A stretch of DNA of 64,000 nucleotides from Parcubacteria group bacterium GW2011_GWB1_42_6. GTDB lineage: Bacteria; Patescibacteriota; Minisyncoccia; Portnoybacterales; GWB1-42-6. Under the pieces are notes generated by a model. That model was given only the letters and a program-made list of their open reading frames with translations. It was not told the origin of the DNA and ran no database searches. The position numbers and the translations under genes are program-made. Shown here in pieces: positions 30,402 to 39,919 of the stretch (position 1 is the stretch's first letter; the number at the start of each line of letters is the position of its first letter). Where the stretch lies: assembly GCA_000997475.1 (NCBI GenBank), contig LCEC01000001.1:375-64374 (forward strand). The letters run 5' to 3'.

Positions 30402-30574
30402 GGCTTGCTCCTTGAAAACGGGTTTATTTGGTTGGGAACGAACTTCTTTCTTTGATACATAAGTATATCATATATAATCAACTGTGTCAAGGTTTGGAGC
30501 ACAGAACTCAAATGGTTGATTTTTGACGGGATTTTTTGTATAATTCGGGGAGAAACATTTAATTTTAAAGGTAA

Positions 30575-30675
30575 AAATCCCTCTCTTCGAGCCTGTCATT
30601 CGACCCCGAGGGTCTTAGACCCGAACGGGAGGGCCTCAGAGCCTCGAAGGCCCAACCTCCCTTTAGAAGGGAGGA
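30575..30675. repeat. Nested palindromic elements in the secA leader
   Basis: Outer AAATCCCTC...CCTCCCTTTAGAAGGGAGG interrupted by CTTCGAG...CTCGAAG, itself interrupted by a TTCGACCCCGAG... unit. Confidence 0.6.
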
Positions 30676-30683
30676 GAAAAACG

Positions 30684-33368
30684 ATGTCCATATTCACCAA
30701 AATTTTCGGCGGGACGAATGAAAAGTCTGTTGCCAAATATAAAACGGTCATTGAAGAGATTAATAAGCTTGAACCGAAATTCGAGTCTTTTTCGGATGAG
30801 GAATTGAAATTGAAGACCGCCCAATTTAAAGAAAGATTGGGCAAAGGAGAAACTCTGGATGATATTTTGCCCGAAGCCTTCGCGGCTTGCCGCGAGGCGG
30901 CCAAGCGCGCGATCGGCCAACGGCATTTTGACGTTCAGTTGATCGGCGGAATGGTTTTGCACGAAGGAAAAATCGCCGAAATGAAAACCGGCGAAGGAAA
31001 AACTTTGGCGGCGACTTTGGCGGTATATCTCAACGCGCTTTCAGGCAAAGGCGCGCACGTTGTAACGGTGAACGATTATCTTTCCAAACGCGACGCCAAC
31101 TGGATGGGATCAATTTATCATTTTTTGGGTTTGAGCACCGGCTGCATCCAGCACGAAAAATCTTATGTTTACGAACCCAAAAAAATCGATCTCAACGAGG
31201 TAACGGTGGAAATGGAAAATCTCAAACAGGTTTCGCGGCGTGAGGCCTATGCCGCCGATATCACTTACGGCACGAACAACGAATTCGGCTTTGATTATTT
31301 GCGCGACAATATGGTGCCGGATTTCAGCGAGATGGCGCAAAGACCTGTCCTCCGAAGCCTTGGCGAAGGGGGAAAACACAACTTCGCCATTGTGGACGAA
31401 GTTGATAGCATTTTGATCGACGAAGCGCGCACGCCTTTGATTATTTCCGCTCCCGACGAAGATTCGGGCAAACTCTACGAAACTTTCGCGCGGATTGTTC
31501 CCCGCCTCAAAGAAAACGAGGATTTTAACATTGATGAAAAATTGCGCTCGGCCACTCTCACGGAAGAAGGCATTGAAAAAGTGGAAAAAATTTTGGGTTT
31601 GGGGAATATTTACACCGAAGGCGGAATAAAATACGTTCATCACTTGGAGCAAGCTTTGCGGGCGCAGGCGCTTTTTAAAAAAGATCGCCATTATGTCGTC
31701 AAAAACGGCGAGATCATTATCGTTGATGAATTTACCGGCCGCCTTATGCCCGGCAGAAGATATTCGGAAGGCCTTCATCAGGCTTTGGAAGCCAAAGAAA
31801 ACGTTACGGTGCAAAAAGAATCGCGGACTTTGGCCTCAATCACTTTTCAAAACTATTTCAGAATGTATGAAAAACTTTCGGGCATGACCGGAACCGCCAT
31901 GAGTTCGGCCGAGGAATTCGGCAAAGTCTATAATCTTGAAGTGGTGGAAGTTCCCACCCATAAGCCTCTTTCCAGGGGTGATAAATCCGATTTGATTTTT
32001 CGCACCGAGATGGGAAAATTCAAAGCGGTGATCCGTGAAGTGGAAGAACGGTACAAAAAAAATCAACCGGTTTTGATCGGCACGGCCTCGATTGATAAAA
32101 ACGAACTTTTGGACCAACTTTTAACCAAAGCCGGAATCAAGCATGAAGTTTTAAACGCCAAAAATCACGAACGCGAAGCTTTGATTATCGCCAAAGCCGG
32201 GGAGCCGGGCGCGGTGACGGTGGCGACAAATATGGCGGGGCGCGGAGTGGATATAATTTTGGGGGGAAGAATTGAATCTCACAACTCTCCCCAACCCCTT
32301 CTTAACTTAAGAGGGGGAGAGGGGGAGTTATCAAAGGATAGCTCTCAAGAAAAAAGTGAATGGCAAAAAAAACACGACTTGGTTGTTTCTTTGGGGGGAC
32401 TGGCGATCATCGGCACCGAGCGCCATGAAGCGCGCCGGATTGACGACCAGTTGCGCGGGCGCGCCGGCCGCCAGGGCGATCCGGGTTCTTCGCGGTTTTT
32501 CGTTTCGCTTGAGGACGATTTGATGAGGATTTTCGCGGCCGATCGCATCAAGGGAATGATGGAATTTTTAAAGATGCCCGAAGACGAGCCGATTGAAAAC
32601 AAAATGATCTCCAAGGCGATCGAATCGGCGCAGGAAAAAATCGAAGGATTCAATTTTGACACTCGCAAACATGTTTTGGAATATGACGATGTGATGAACA
32701 AACAGCGCGAAACGATTTATCGCAAGCGCCGGGAAATTTTGGAATCAAAAGATCTTAAAGAAAAAACTTTGGAAGCGATTTTGGGGGAAGTCAAAAAAAT
32801 CGCCCAATTCCATGCCGCGGGATACAAAGAAGAATGGAACACGAAAGAGCTCAAAGAATCATTGGGCGCGATTATGCCTCTTCCGGCTGATTTTGACGAA
32901 GCGGTTGGGAAAATTGAAACTTCCGAAAATCTGGTTGGCTTTTTGGAAAAACTCGCCGCCGATATTTACGAGATGAAAGAAAAACAAATCGGTTTTGAGC
33001 AGATGCGAGAAATCGAAAAAGTTCTCTTTTTGCGCACCACCGATATGATGTGGATGGATCATCTGGACGAGATGGAGCATTTGCGCGATTCCGTTCGCTT
33101 GCGCGCCTATGGCCAAAAAGATCCCTTGGTTGAATACAAAAACGAAGGCCACAAACTTTTTCAGGATTTGCTGGCTGCCATTCAGGCGCAATTTACGAGC
33201 ATGATTTACAAAGTGACTCTAACGCCGCCGGAGAATCGCCAATCGCGCGTCGCCAATCGCCCTTCGACAAACTCACCACAGGCAAGCTCGGGAAATAATT
33301 CGGTCGGCAGAAACGATCCGTGCCCGTGCGGGAGCGGGAAAAAGTATAAGAAGTGTTGTGGAAAATAA
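30684..33368 (+). CDS. secA: Preprotein translocase subunit SecA (three in-frame palindromic insertions)
   Basis: MKTGEGKT, DEVDSILIDEARTPLIIS, QLRGRAGRQGDPG, C-terminal SEC-C CPCGSGKKYKKCC; ATG 30684 after GGAGG. Confidence 0.98.
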   Translation: MSIFTKIFGGTNEKSVAKYKTVIEEINKLEPKFESFSDEELKLKTAQFKERLGKGETLDDILPEAFAACREAAKRAIGQRHFDVQLIGGMVLHEGKIAEMKTGEGKTLAATLAVYLNALSGKGAHVVTVNDYLSKRDANWMGSIYHFLGLSTGCIQHEKSYVYEPKKIDLNEVTVEMENLKQVSRREAYAADITYGTNNEFGFDYLRDNMVPDFSEMAQRPVLRSLGEGGKHNFAIVDEVDSILIDEARTPLIISAPDEDSGKLYETFARIVPRLKENEDFNIDEKLRSATLTEEGIEKVEKILGLGNIYTEGGIKYVHHLEQALRAQALFKKDRHYVVKNGEIIIVDEFTGRLMPGRRYSEGLHQALEAKENVTVQKESRTLASITFQNYFRMYEKLSGMTGTAMSSAEEFGKVYNLEVVEVPTHKPLSRGDKSDLIFRTEMGKFKAVIREVEERYKKNQPVLIGTASIDKNELLDQLLTKAGIKHEVLNAKNHEREALIIAKAGEPGAVTVATNMAGRGVDIILGGRIESHNSPQPLLNLRGGEGELSKDSSQEKSEWQKKHDLVVSLGGLAIIGTERHEARRIDDQLRGRAGRQGDPGSSRFFVSLEDDLMRIFAADRIKGMMEFLKMPEDEPIENKMISKAIESAQEKIEGFNFDTRKHVLEYDDVMNKQRETIYRKRREILESKDLKEKTLEAILGEVKKIAQFHAAGYKEEWNTKELKESLGAIMPLPADFDEAVGKIETSENLVGFLEKLAADIYEMKEKQIGFEQMREIEKVLFLRTTDMMWMDHLDEMEHLRDSVRLRAYGQKDPLVEYKNEGHKLFQDLLAAIQAQFTSMIYKVTLTPPENRQSRVANRPSTNSPQASSGNNSVGRNDPCPCGSGKKYKKCCGK

Positions 33369-33430
33369 GGAGAAAGAAATCCTCCGCCATTCGGTACCTT
33401 CTTTAGAAAAGGAGGAATAAATCAAATCAT

Positions 33431-33697
33431 ATGGCAATAATCAGAAAAAAAATTTGGCCAGGATATTTGGAACTGATTGAATCGGGAAGAAAAAAATATG
33501 ATTTCCGCCTTGATGATTTTGAAATCAAAGAAGGCGACACGATTATTTTTGAGGAATGGGATCCGAAAACAAAAAAATACACGGGAAGGAAAGTCCAAAA
33601 GAAAGCGGGCTATATTGGAAAACTGAAAATAGGTGATTCTTTTTGGTCCGAAGAAGAAATAAAGGAAAAAGGGATTAAAATCATTTCATTGGAATAA
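33431..33697 (+). CDS. ASCH/DUF3850-like PUA-fold protein
   Basis: KIWP..LE.I.SGRK.YDFR, GD.IIFEEW, YTGR; GGAGG RBS. Confidence 0.75.
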   Translation: MAIIRKKIWPGYLELIESGRKKYDFRLDDFEIKEGDTIIFEEWDPKTKKYTGRKVQKKAGYIGKLKIGDSFWSEEEIKEKGIKIISLE

Positions 33698-33729
33698 CTT
33701 TTCTGTAAAAATAAAAACAGGGTTGGTTT

Positions 33730-33771
33730 ATAAGTGAGTTATTTACGCTATAGCGTAAATAACTCACTTAT
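33730..33771. repeat. Perfect 42-bp palindrome
   Basis: ATAAGTGAGTTATTTACGCTA|TAGCGTAAATAACTCACTTAT. Confidence 0.9.
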
Positions 33772-33811
33772 GGAAATTTGAAGGGGACATTCAGAAATAA
33801 TTAAAATAATT

Positions 33812-33839
33812 AAAAAGGACGGAATTTTTCCGTCCTTTT
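33812..33839. terminator. Bidirectional terminator
   Basis: AAAAGGACGGAA-TTT-TTCCGTCCTTTT. Confidence 0.75.
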
Positions 33840-33850
33840 GCGTTTTTAAC

Positions 33851-34428
33851 CAGATAAACCACCAGCGTAAGCTGGTGAGTGCGTTTAAAAGCGTAGCTAT
33901 TGTACAATAAAATCACCTCGGGAAAGGAGGTGATTTTAAACATGAGCAGAAGCTATCTGCTGTATCAACTCGACCACTGCACTTACCATTGCAGTTATCA
34001 TATCGTGTGGACACCACGATTCCGCGGTAAGGTTTTGGCCGACAACTATATTAAAGCAGAATTAAAAAGAATGTTCAAACAGATTGCCAACTGGAAAGGA
34101 CTAAGGATTTATGCTTGGCACATCGGAGATGAGCACATCCATCTGCACATCTGCATTCCTCCCAAATATTCTATTGCCTACATCATTCAAATTCTCAAGG
34201 GAAAAACTTCTGGCTGGATCAAAAAGAAAACCAAGAAGTTTCCCAAAGGAGTCCTCTGGGCCAGGGGATACTTTGTTTCGACCGTTGGCATCACGGAAAT
34301 CGCCGTGAAAAAATATATTGAAAACCAGCAACACCATCAAATTGAACTTTCTCAATTAAAACTTTGTTAGCCGGCTGGCGTCAGCCAGCAAAAAGATACC
34401 CCCAGCGTTTAAGCTGGGGGTAGTTCAT
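33851..34428 (+). mobile_element. IS200/IS605-family element, tnpA only (ends approximate)
   Basis: Related subterminal hairpins CACCAGC-GTAA-GCTGGTG (33860-33877) and ACCCCCAGC-GTTTAA-GCTGGGGGT (34398-34421) followed by AGTTCA. Confidence 0.8.
33942..34370 (+). CDS. tnpA: IS200-family HUH (Y1) transposase
   Basis: YHIVWTPRFR, EHIHL (HUH), LKGKTS, LWARGYFVSTVG, YIENQ; AAGGAGG RBS. Confidence 0.93.
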   Translation: MSRSYLLYQLDHCTYHCSYHIVWTPRFRGKVLADNYIKAELKRMFKQIANWKGLRIYAWHIGDEHIHLHICIPPKYSIAYIIQILKGKTSGWIKKKTKKFPKGVLWARGYFVSTVGITEIAVKKYIENQQHHQIELSQLKLC

Positions 34429-34439
34429 TTTGGCCTCTA

Positions 34440-34943
34440 TTATATGAGGCCGAGGATTTCCAACAGCCTCACGACTAACCATTCCCGCAGGAGGAACCGC
34501 CAGCGCGCGCGGGTCCACCATTGGTCCCCATCATGGTCGTAAGGAATTTCTTTCATCGTCGGCATCGGTTTGGCGTTGATGCCGAGCTTTTTGAGCGTCC
34601 GCAGAACCCGTGGCATATGGTCCTGGTGGGCCGCGGCATAAACTTGCGTGTCGGCGCCAAACATTTTTTTCGTTTTTGCGAAAAGATGCATTTGGGCCGT
34701 AACCTCTCTCGTGTCAAGATATTTTTTCGCGACACGATGAAAACGGACCACGAAAGCTGATCCAACTCCAATTCTTTCCAGCGCTTTATTTACTTCCCAC
34801 TGGGAGAGAATGCGAATCGGCTCAGAATAATCAGACCAAAAATCTTAGCTTATAAATCTTTTTGTTTCCCGGGCGATCGCTTCATTGCTTAGCCCGGGTT
34901 CCTCACCCCGCAGATTAAATGAAAATGCCAAAATGATTATCAT
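34440..34943 (-). pseudogene. Hypothetical protein (weakly YdcF/DUF218-like) with one in-frame TAA at 34845-34847
   Basis: GGAGG + ATG at 34943 is in frame with the 34440..34751 ORF; single stop after codon 32. Confidence 0.65.
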
Positions 34944-35138
34944 TGGCAACCTCCAATATTAAGTGTGAAAAGGACTATTCGTATTCGTGATTTTTAATTA
35001 TACTATGCTTTTTCTCATTGTGTCAATAGTTGAGTTTCGCATGTTGAGTTTCGCAATTCAATTATTCAAAAAATCACTGATGAGTTAAAATTAAAAGGAG
35101 CGGGGTTTTTCCGCTCCACATATCGAAGGTTATTTTTA

Positions 35139-35513
35139 TTAAGGAGAACAAAAAAGAGGGAAATGTTCAACCGCCGAATTTCTCACTTCTTTTGGCATTG
35201 AAGCGAGAGAATTCTCGAAATGCTTTTCGAGGAGTTCAAAGATGGAATCTTTTAAGCTCCTGAAGAGTTTGTTTTTGGGATAATTCTCGAACAAATTGCA
35301 AGCAATTTCGAGTAGAGTCTCATATTCTTTTTGCTCCCGATACGATTTCCAGCGAGGCTTTGAATATCCTCTGCTTGAACTAGGAGCAAGAAACTGCATA
35401 CGGACAGATATCATGGACGCCGCCCGCTCTTCCCATCCTTCTTCCGCTCTTTCAATTCTTTCAATAATTTTTTGAATGGCTTCAAGGACGGGGTTTATTG
35501 CTGTTGCTTCCAT
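35139..35513 (-). CDS. Hypothetical protein
   Basis: AAGGAG RBS, downstream hairpin at 35096-35117. Confidence 0.65.
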   Translation of the reverse strand: MEATAINPVLEAIQKIIERIERAEEGWEERAASMISVRMQFLAPSSSRGYSKPRWKSYREQKEYETLLEIACNLFENYPKNKLFRSLKDSIFELLEKHFENSLASMPKEVRNSAVEHFPLFCSP

Positions 35514-35628
35514 CCGGCTTCTCCTTCTGATAGAGATTTTTTGCCTTGATATGGAAAGAACTGATTATTGGACAAAGTATCCAATAATTGATTATTATAC
35601 ATGAGTGGCGTTAAAGCGTCAAACAAAA

Positions 35629-36204
35629 ATGGAAGAATTGAAAATAATCGTTTTTTTGATGGTTGAATTGCTGGCTTTGAGTATGGCTATTTTTTTGGCG
35701 GCAAATTTTTATTTTTGCGTTCGGGCCGGGGGATGCCCTTATGTGCCCACCGGCAAAAAGAGGATTGGCAGGATTATAGAAGAAGCTGATTTGAAAGAGG
35801 GTTCTTTTGTTTTGGAACTGGGTTGCGGCGATGGATACTTTTTGAGGCGGGCGGCGCAAGAACGCAAAATAAAGGGTTTGGGCGTGGATATTCACGGAAT
35901 CGCGCTTTTGAAAGGCGTAATTTTGGCGCGGTTGGCGAAAATAAAAAACATAAAATTTCAAAGAGGTGATCTTTTCGGTTGCGATATTTCGCGGGCGCAG
36001 GTGATTTATCTTTTTTTAATCAGCGGCGTTTTGGAAAAATTGGCGCCCAAATTAAAAAAAGAATGTTCTTCGGGAACGTTAATAATTTCCCACGGTTTCA
36101 AATTGCCGCGATTTGATAAGTATCTTTTCAAAGAATTGGATCATGGCAGTTGGAATATGAGTTATCAGAGAAAAACGTATTTTTACAGATATTATGCCGA
36201 TTAG
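35629..36204 (+). CDS. Membrane-anchored class I SAM methyltransferase
   Basis: N-terminal TM, PYVPT, LELGCGDG, VIYLFL. Confidence 0.85.
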   Translation: MEELKIIVFLMVELLALSMAIFLAANFYFCVRAGGCPYVPTGKKRIGRIIEEADLKEGSFVLELGCGDGYFLRRAAQERKIKGLGVDIHGIALLKGVILARLAKIKNIKFQRGDLFGCDISRAQVIYLFLISGVLEKLAPKLKKECSSGTLIISHGFKLPRFDKYLFKELDHGSWNMSYQRKTYFYRYYAD

Positions 36205-36251
36205 TCTCGGTGGTTGACCAAAATGGATTTTCCCGCTAAGCTTACAATAAT

Positions 36252-37700
36252 ATGAAACCCCTCCAAAACTTTTTCTCGGCAATATTTACTCAAAAAAAGA
36301 TGTCGCAGACCACCTGGATAGTTTTTGTCATCTCTTTAGCGGCCGCTTTGGCGGTTTTTTTAATTTATCCGAAAGTTTGGAATAATTCCGTTGATTTTAT
36401 AAATGCCTTGAAGAATGAAGTCCCTGGCCTGAAAAGCATTTCCAATATTCCCCAATTTTGGGAAAGGCCATTCCGATTGGGTCTTGATCTGCAGGGCGGA
36501 ATCCATTTGACTTATGAAGCCGACCTTTCCAATATTGAAGAAGAAAATTATTCTCAAGCCATGGCGGGAGTGCGCGACGTGATTGAACGGCGGGTGAATC
36601 TTTTCGGCGTGACAGAGCCCTTGGTGCAGGTTGAAAGCGCCGGCGGACGCCATCGCTTGATTGTGGAGTTGGCCGGCATCGGCAATGTCCATGACGCGAT
36701 TCAAACGATCGGCGAAACTCCGTCTTTGGATTTCAGGGAGGAAAGAGCGCAGGAAGAAACCAAAGAAATTGCGGATCGTTATAATGCTTTATCCGATGAA
36801 GAAAAAGCCGATTTCAAAGAAGATCCTTATTTCAAGCCCACGGCTCTCACCGGAAAATTCTTGAAACAGTCAAATCTGCAATTTGATCCCACGACCAATA
36901 ATCCCCAAATCGGCTTGGAATTCGATGACGAGGGAGCCAAGCTTTTTGAAGAAATAACTTCGCGCAATGTTGGAAAAAGGGTGGCGATTTATTTGGATAA
37001 TTTCGCGATCAGCATTCCCACCGTTCAGGAAGCGATTACGGGAGGCAAAGCCCAAATTTCCGGAGATTTTACTTTAAAAGAAGCAAGGGAACTTGTTGCT
37101 CGGTTGAACGCGGGCGCTTTGCCTGTTCCGATAAATTTGGTCAATCAGCAAAGCATTGGCGCTTCTTTGGGAGAAAAATCTTTAGATCAAAGTTTGTTCG
37201 CGGGGCTGATCGGGATTCTCGCGGTTATGATTTTTATGATCGCTTGGTATCGCTTGCCGGGCGTTATGGCAGTGATCGCTTTGCTTGGCTACACGGCTTT
37301 CGTGCTGGCGATTTTCAAGCTCATTCCCGTAACTCTCACTTTGGCGGGAATCGCCGGATTCGTGCTTTCGGTGGGCATGGCGGTGGACGCCAATATTTTG
37401 ATATTTGAAAGAATGAAAGAAGAATTGCGTTGGGGCAAATCTTTGGGCGGAGCCATTGACGAAGGATTCAAGCGCGCATGGAGCTCGATTCGCGATTCGA
37501 ACGTTTCTTCTCTCATCACTTGCGCCGTGCTTTTTTGGCTGGGAACGAGCATTATCAAAGGATTCGCTTTGACTCTGGCGATCGGAATTCTCGTGAGCAT
37601 GTTTTCGGCGATATTCGTTACGCGAAACCTTTTGAAACTTTTTGTGGGCGAGGGAATGAAAAAACATATGTGGCTGTTTGGAGGAAAAAACAAAGAGTAG
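36252..37700 (+). CDS. secD: Protein translocase subunit SecD
   Basis: LGLDLQGG, IERRVN.FGV.EP, AGALPVP, GMAVDANILIFER. Confidence 0.97.
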   Translation: MKPLQNFFSAIFTQKKMSQTTWIVFVISLAAALAVFLIYPKVWNNSVDFINALKNEVPGLKSISNIPQFWERPFRLGLDLQGGIHLTYEADLSNIEEENYSQAMAGVRDVIERRVNLFGVTEPLVQVESAGGRHRLIVELAGIGNVHDAIQTIGETPSLDFREERAQEETKEIADRYNALSDEEKADFKEDPYFKPTALTGKFLKQSNLQFDPTTNNPQIGLEFDDEGAKLFEEITSRNVGKRVAIYLDNFAISIPTVQEAITGGKAQISGDFTLKEARELVARLNAGALPVPINLVNQQSIGASLGEKSLDQSLFAGLIGILAVMIFMIAWYRLPGVMAVIALLGYTAFVLAIFKLIPVTLTLAGIAGFVLSVGMAVDANILIFERMKEELRWGKSLGGAIDEGFKRAWSSIRDSNVSSLITCAVLFWLGTSIIKGFALTLAIGILVSMFSAIFVTRNLLKLFVGEGMKKHMWLFGGKNKE

Positions 37701-37724
37701 CCGCTAAAACCTAATCGCTAATTT

Positions 37725-38633
37725 ATGATCAATATTGTCGGCAAAAGAAAAATTTATTATTCATTCTCAATTTCATTGGCTGTTTTAAGCTTGATCGCCA
37801 TTTTGGCTTGGGGGCTTAATTTCGGAATCGATTTTACTGGCGGCTCTCTGATGGAAATCGAATTTGCGGGTGAAACGCCGCAAGCGGACGCCATAAAAGA
37901 AAAACTTGCTTCAGTCGGAATTACCGAATCAACGGCGCAGCCGGCGGGAGAAAAAGGTTTTTTGATTCGCTTTAAGGATATTGATGAAGACACCCATCAG
38001 AAAATTTTGGCTTCATTGAATTCGCTTTCGCCGGTTGAAGAAAAAAGTTTTGAATCGGTGGGTCCGGTAATCGGCCAAGAGCTTAAAGACAGAGCTTATT
38101 CGGCGGTTGGCTTGGTTTTGGTTTTGATTTTGGTTTATATCGCTTTTGCTTTCCGCAAGGTTTCGCGGCTTATTACTTCCTGGAAATACGGAGTTGCCGC
38201 TCTTTTGGCTCTTTTTCACGATATTCTTATCCCAACCGGCATATTTGCCGTCTTGGGCCATTTTGCCGGAGCGCAGGCCGATCTTTTGTTTGTTACGGGG
38301 CTTTTAACGATTCTTGGTTTTTCGGTTCACGACACAATCGTGGTTTTTGATCGGATCAGAGAAAATTTGCGAAAAGGCGCGGGAAGTAATTTTGAAGATA
38401 CGGTGAATATTAGCGTCAATCAAACTTTGGCGCGTTCGATCAATACTTCTTTTACCACTTTATTGGCATTGTTCGCAATCTATATCTGGGGAGGGGAAAG
38501 CATCAAGTCTTTTATCCTGCTTTTGATAATGGGAATATTCTTTGGAACCTACTCTTCCATCTTCGTGGCGAGCTCGATTCTTGTCACTTGGGAAAATTGG
38601 CGCCGGAAAAAGCTGGCCAATAAATTTTCTTAA
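37725..38633 (+). CDS. secF: Protein translocase subunit SecF
   Basis: GIDFTGG, HDILI, GFSVHDTIVVFDRIREN, GTYSSIFVA. Confidence 0.97.
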   Translation: MINIVGKRKIYYSFSISLAVLSLIAILAWGLNFGIDFTGGSLMEIEFAGETPQADAIKEKLASVGITESTAQPAGEKGFLIRFKDIDEDTHQKILASLNSLSPVEEKSFESVGPVIGQELKDRAYSAVGLVLVLILVYIAFAFRKVSRLITSWKYGVAALLALFHDILIPTGIFAVLGHFAGAQADLLFVTGLLTILGFSVHDTIVVFDRIRENLRKGAGSNFEDTVNISVNQTLARSINTSFTTLLALFAIYIWGGESIKSFILLLIMGIFFGTYSSIFVASSILVTWENWRRKKLANKFS

Positions 38634-38733
38634 ATACCATTTTTACTTGACGTCAATATTGACATATCTTTTTTGATATGATATATTAGGATTATCAATA
38701 ATAATTTGACGGCCGAGAGGGGCCGTTTGAAAT

Positions 38734-39801
38734 ATGATAAATCCAGTCAATTTAATCAGCGAAATGCTGCAAAATATACCTAATCCGCGCACCAAAGAAG
38801 TGATTGCGCGGCGTTTTGGCTTGAAAGACGGCCAAAGGCACACTTTGGAGGCTATCGGGCAGGACTATAAAATCACCCGCGAAAGGGTGCGCCAGATAGA
38901 AGAAAGCGGTTTGGCTGTTTTAAGGCAGGAAAAAATCGCCGCCAAATTCCAACCGGTATTAGATTTATTGGCCGAACATTTGTCCGAATACGGGGATTTC
39001 AAGCGCGAGGATTCTCTTTTTAATGATTTGAACTTTGTTTGCTTTCCTTCAAAGGAGATTGAACGTTTGCGCGAAGAGGATCCGATTGAGCTGAATCGCT
39101 GCCACGCGGCTTTCTATTTGATTATGACTTTGGGACGCAGATTCGAAAGAGTTCCCGAATCCGATCATTTCCATACCGCTTGGGCCGGCAACAAGGAATC
39201 GGTCAAAAAAGCCAAAAAAACCCTTGATTCGGTAGTTAAATATCTGGACGGCAAAAAAACCGTTCTTAAGGATTTTGAATTGGTCGGGGCCGTAAAAAAT
39301 CTTCATCCGGAATTGTCCGACAAAGCCATTTCTTCTTATATTGACGCTTCAAAAAACATTGAAAGAAATCATCTCGGCCAATACGGAATGGCCAAATGGC
39401 CGGAAATCAGCCCCAAGGGCGTCAAGGATAAGGCTTATATAATTCTCAAAAGCGCCGGGCATCCTTTGCATTTCAGCGAAGTGACCAGTCTCATCAACAA
39501 AAGCATTCCTTCCGCCCGTCCGGCCTACATTCAAACCGTGCACAACGAATTGATCAAAGATCCCAGATTCATTCTGGTCGGCCGCGGACTCTACGCTTTG
39601 TCCGAATGGGGCTATCAGCCCGGAACGGTTCTGGAAACCATCAGCGGGATTCTTAAAAAAGAAGGGCCTCTCTCCAAACAGGAAATTCTCAAAAAAGTTT
39701 TGGAAAAAAGAATCGTCAAAGAAAACACGGTTCTCATCAATCTCCAGAATAAAAAGTTTTTTGAGAGAAATCAGGAAGGAAAATACACCATCAAATCTTA
39801 A
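38734..39801 (+). CDS. Sigma70 region-4-like HTH plus C-terminal winged-helix (HARE-HTH/RpoE-like) protein
   Basis: RRFGL...TLEAIG..Y.ITRERVRQIE; TVHNELIKDPRFILVGRGLYALSEW; TTGACA-17-TATATT promoter at 38659. Confidence 0.75.
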   Translation: MINPVNLISEMLQNIPNPRTKEVIARRFGLKDGQRHTLEAIGQDYKITRERVRQIEESGLAVLRQEKIAAKFQPVLDLLAEHLSEYGDFKREDSLFNDLNFVCFPSKEIERLREEDPIELNRCHAAFYLIMTLGRRFERVPESDHFHTAWAGNKESVKKAKKTLDSVVKYLDGKKTVLKDFELVGAVKNLHPELSDKAISSYIDASKNIERNHLGQYGMAKWPEISPKGVKDKAYIILKSAGHPLHFSEVTSLINKSIPSARPAYIQTVHNELIKDPRFILVGRGLYALSEWGYQPGTVLETISGILKKEGPLSKQEILKKVLEKRIVKENTVLINLQNKKFFERNQEGKYTIKS

Positions 39802-39919
39802 GAGTTATACCCAACGCCGATATTCAAAATATTGGCGTTGTGTTATTATAAGAGGAGAAGACAACATTTTCTCTTTTTAAAAAAGAAGAATCCGTTGCTT
39901 TTTAATAATATTCAATTTA

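Noticed and set aside
30516-30683. N-terminal extension of SecA (similar extensions for efp, the Nudix gene and the ATPase in the ORF track)
   Set aside because: These are open frames through promoter or repeat DNA; downstream ATGs match the family N-termini.
33942-34370. TnpA as a REP-associated transposase mobilising the palindromes
   Set aside because: It has canonical IS200 motifs and its own end hairpins, which do not resemble the palindrome families; a trans role is unsupported.
34845-34847. Stop-codon reassignment (genetic code 25) explaining split genes
   Set aside because: The internal stop is TAA, and TGA terminates conserved genes normally (rpmJ, infA, pdaD).
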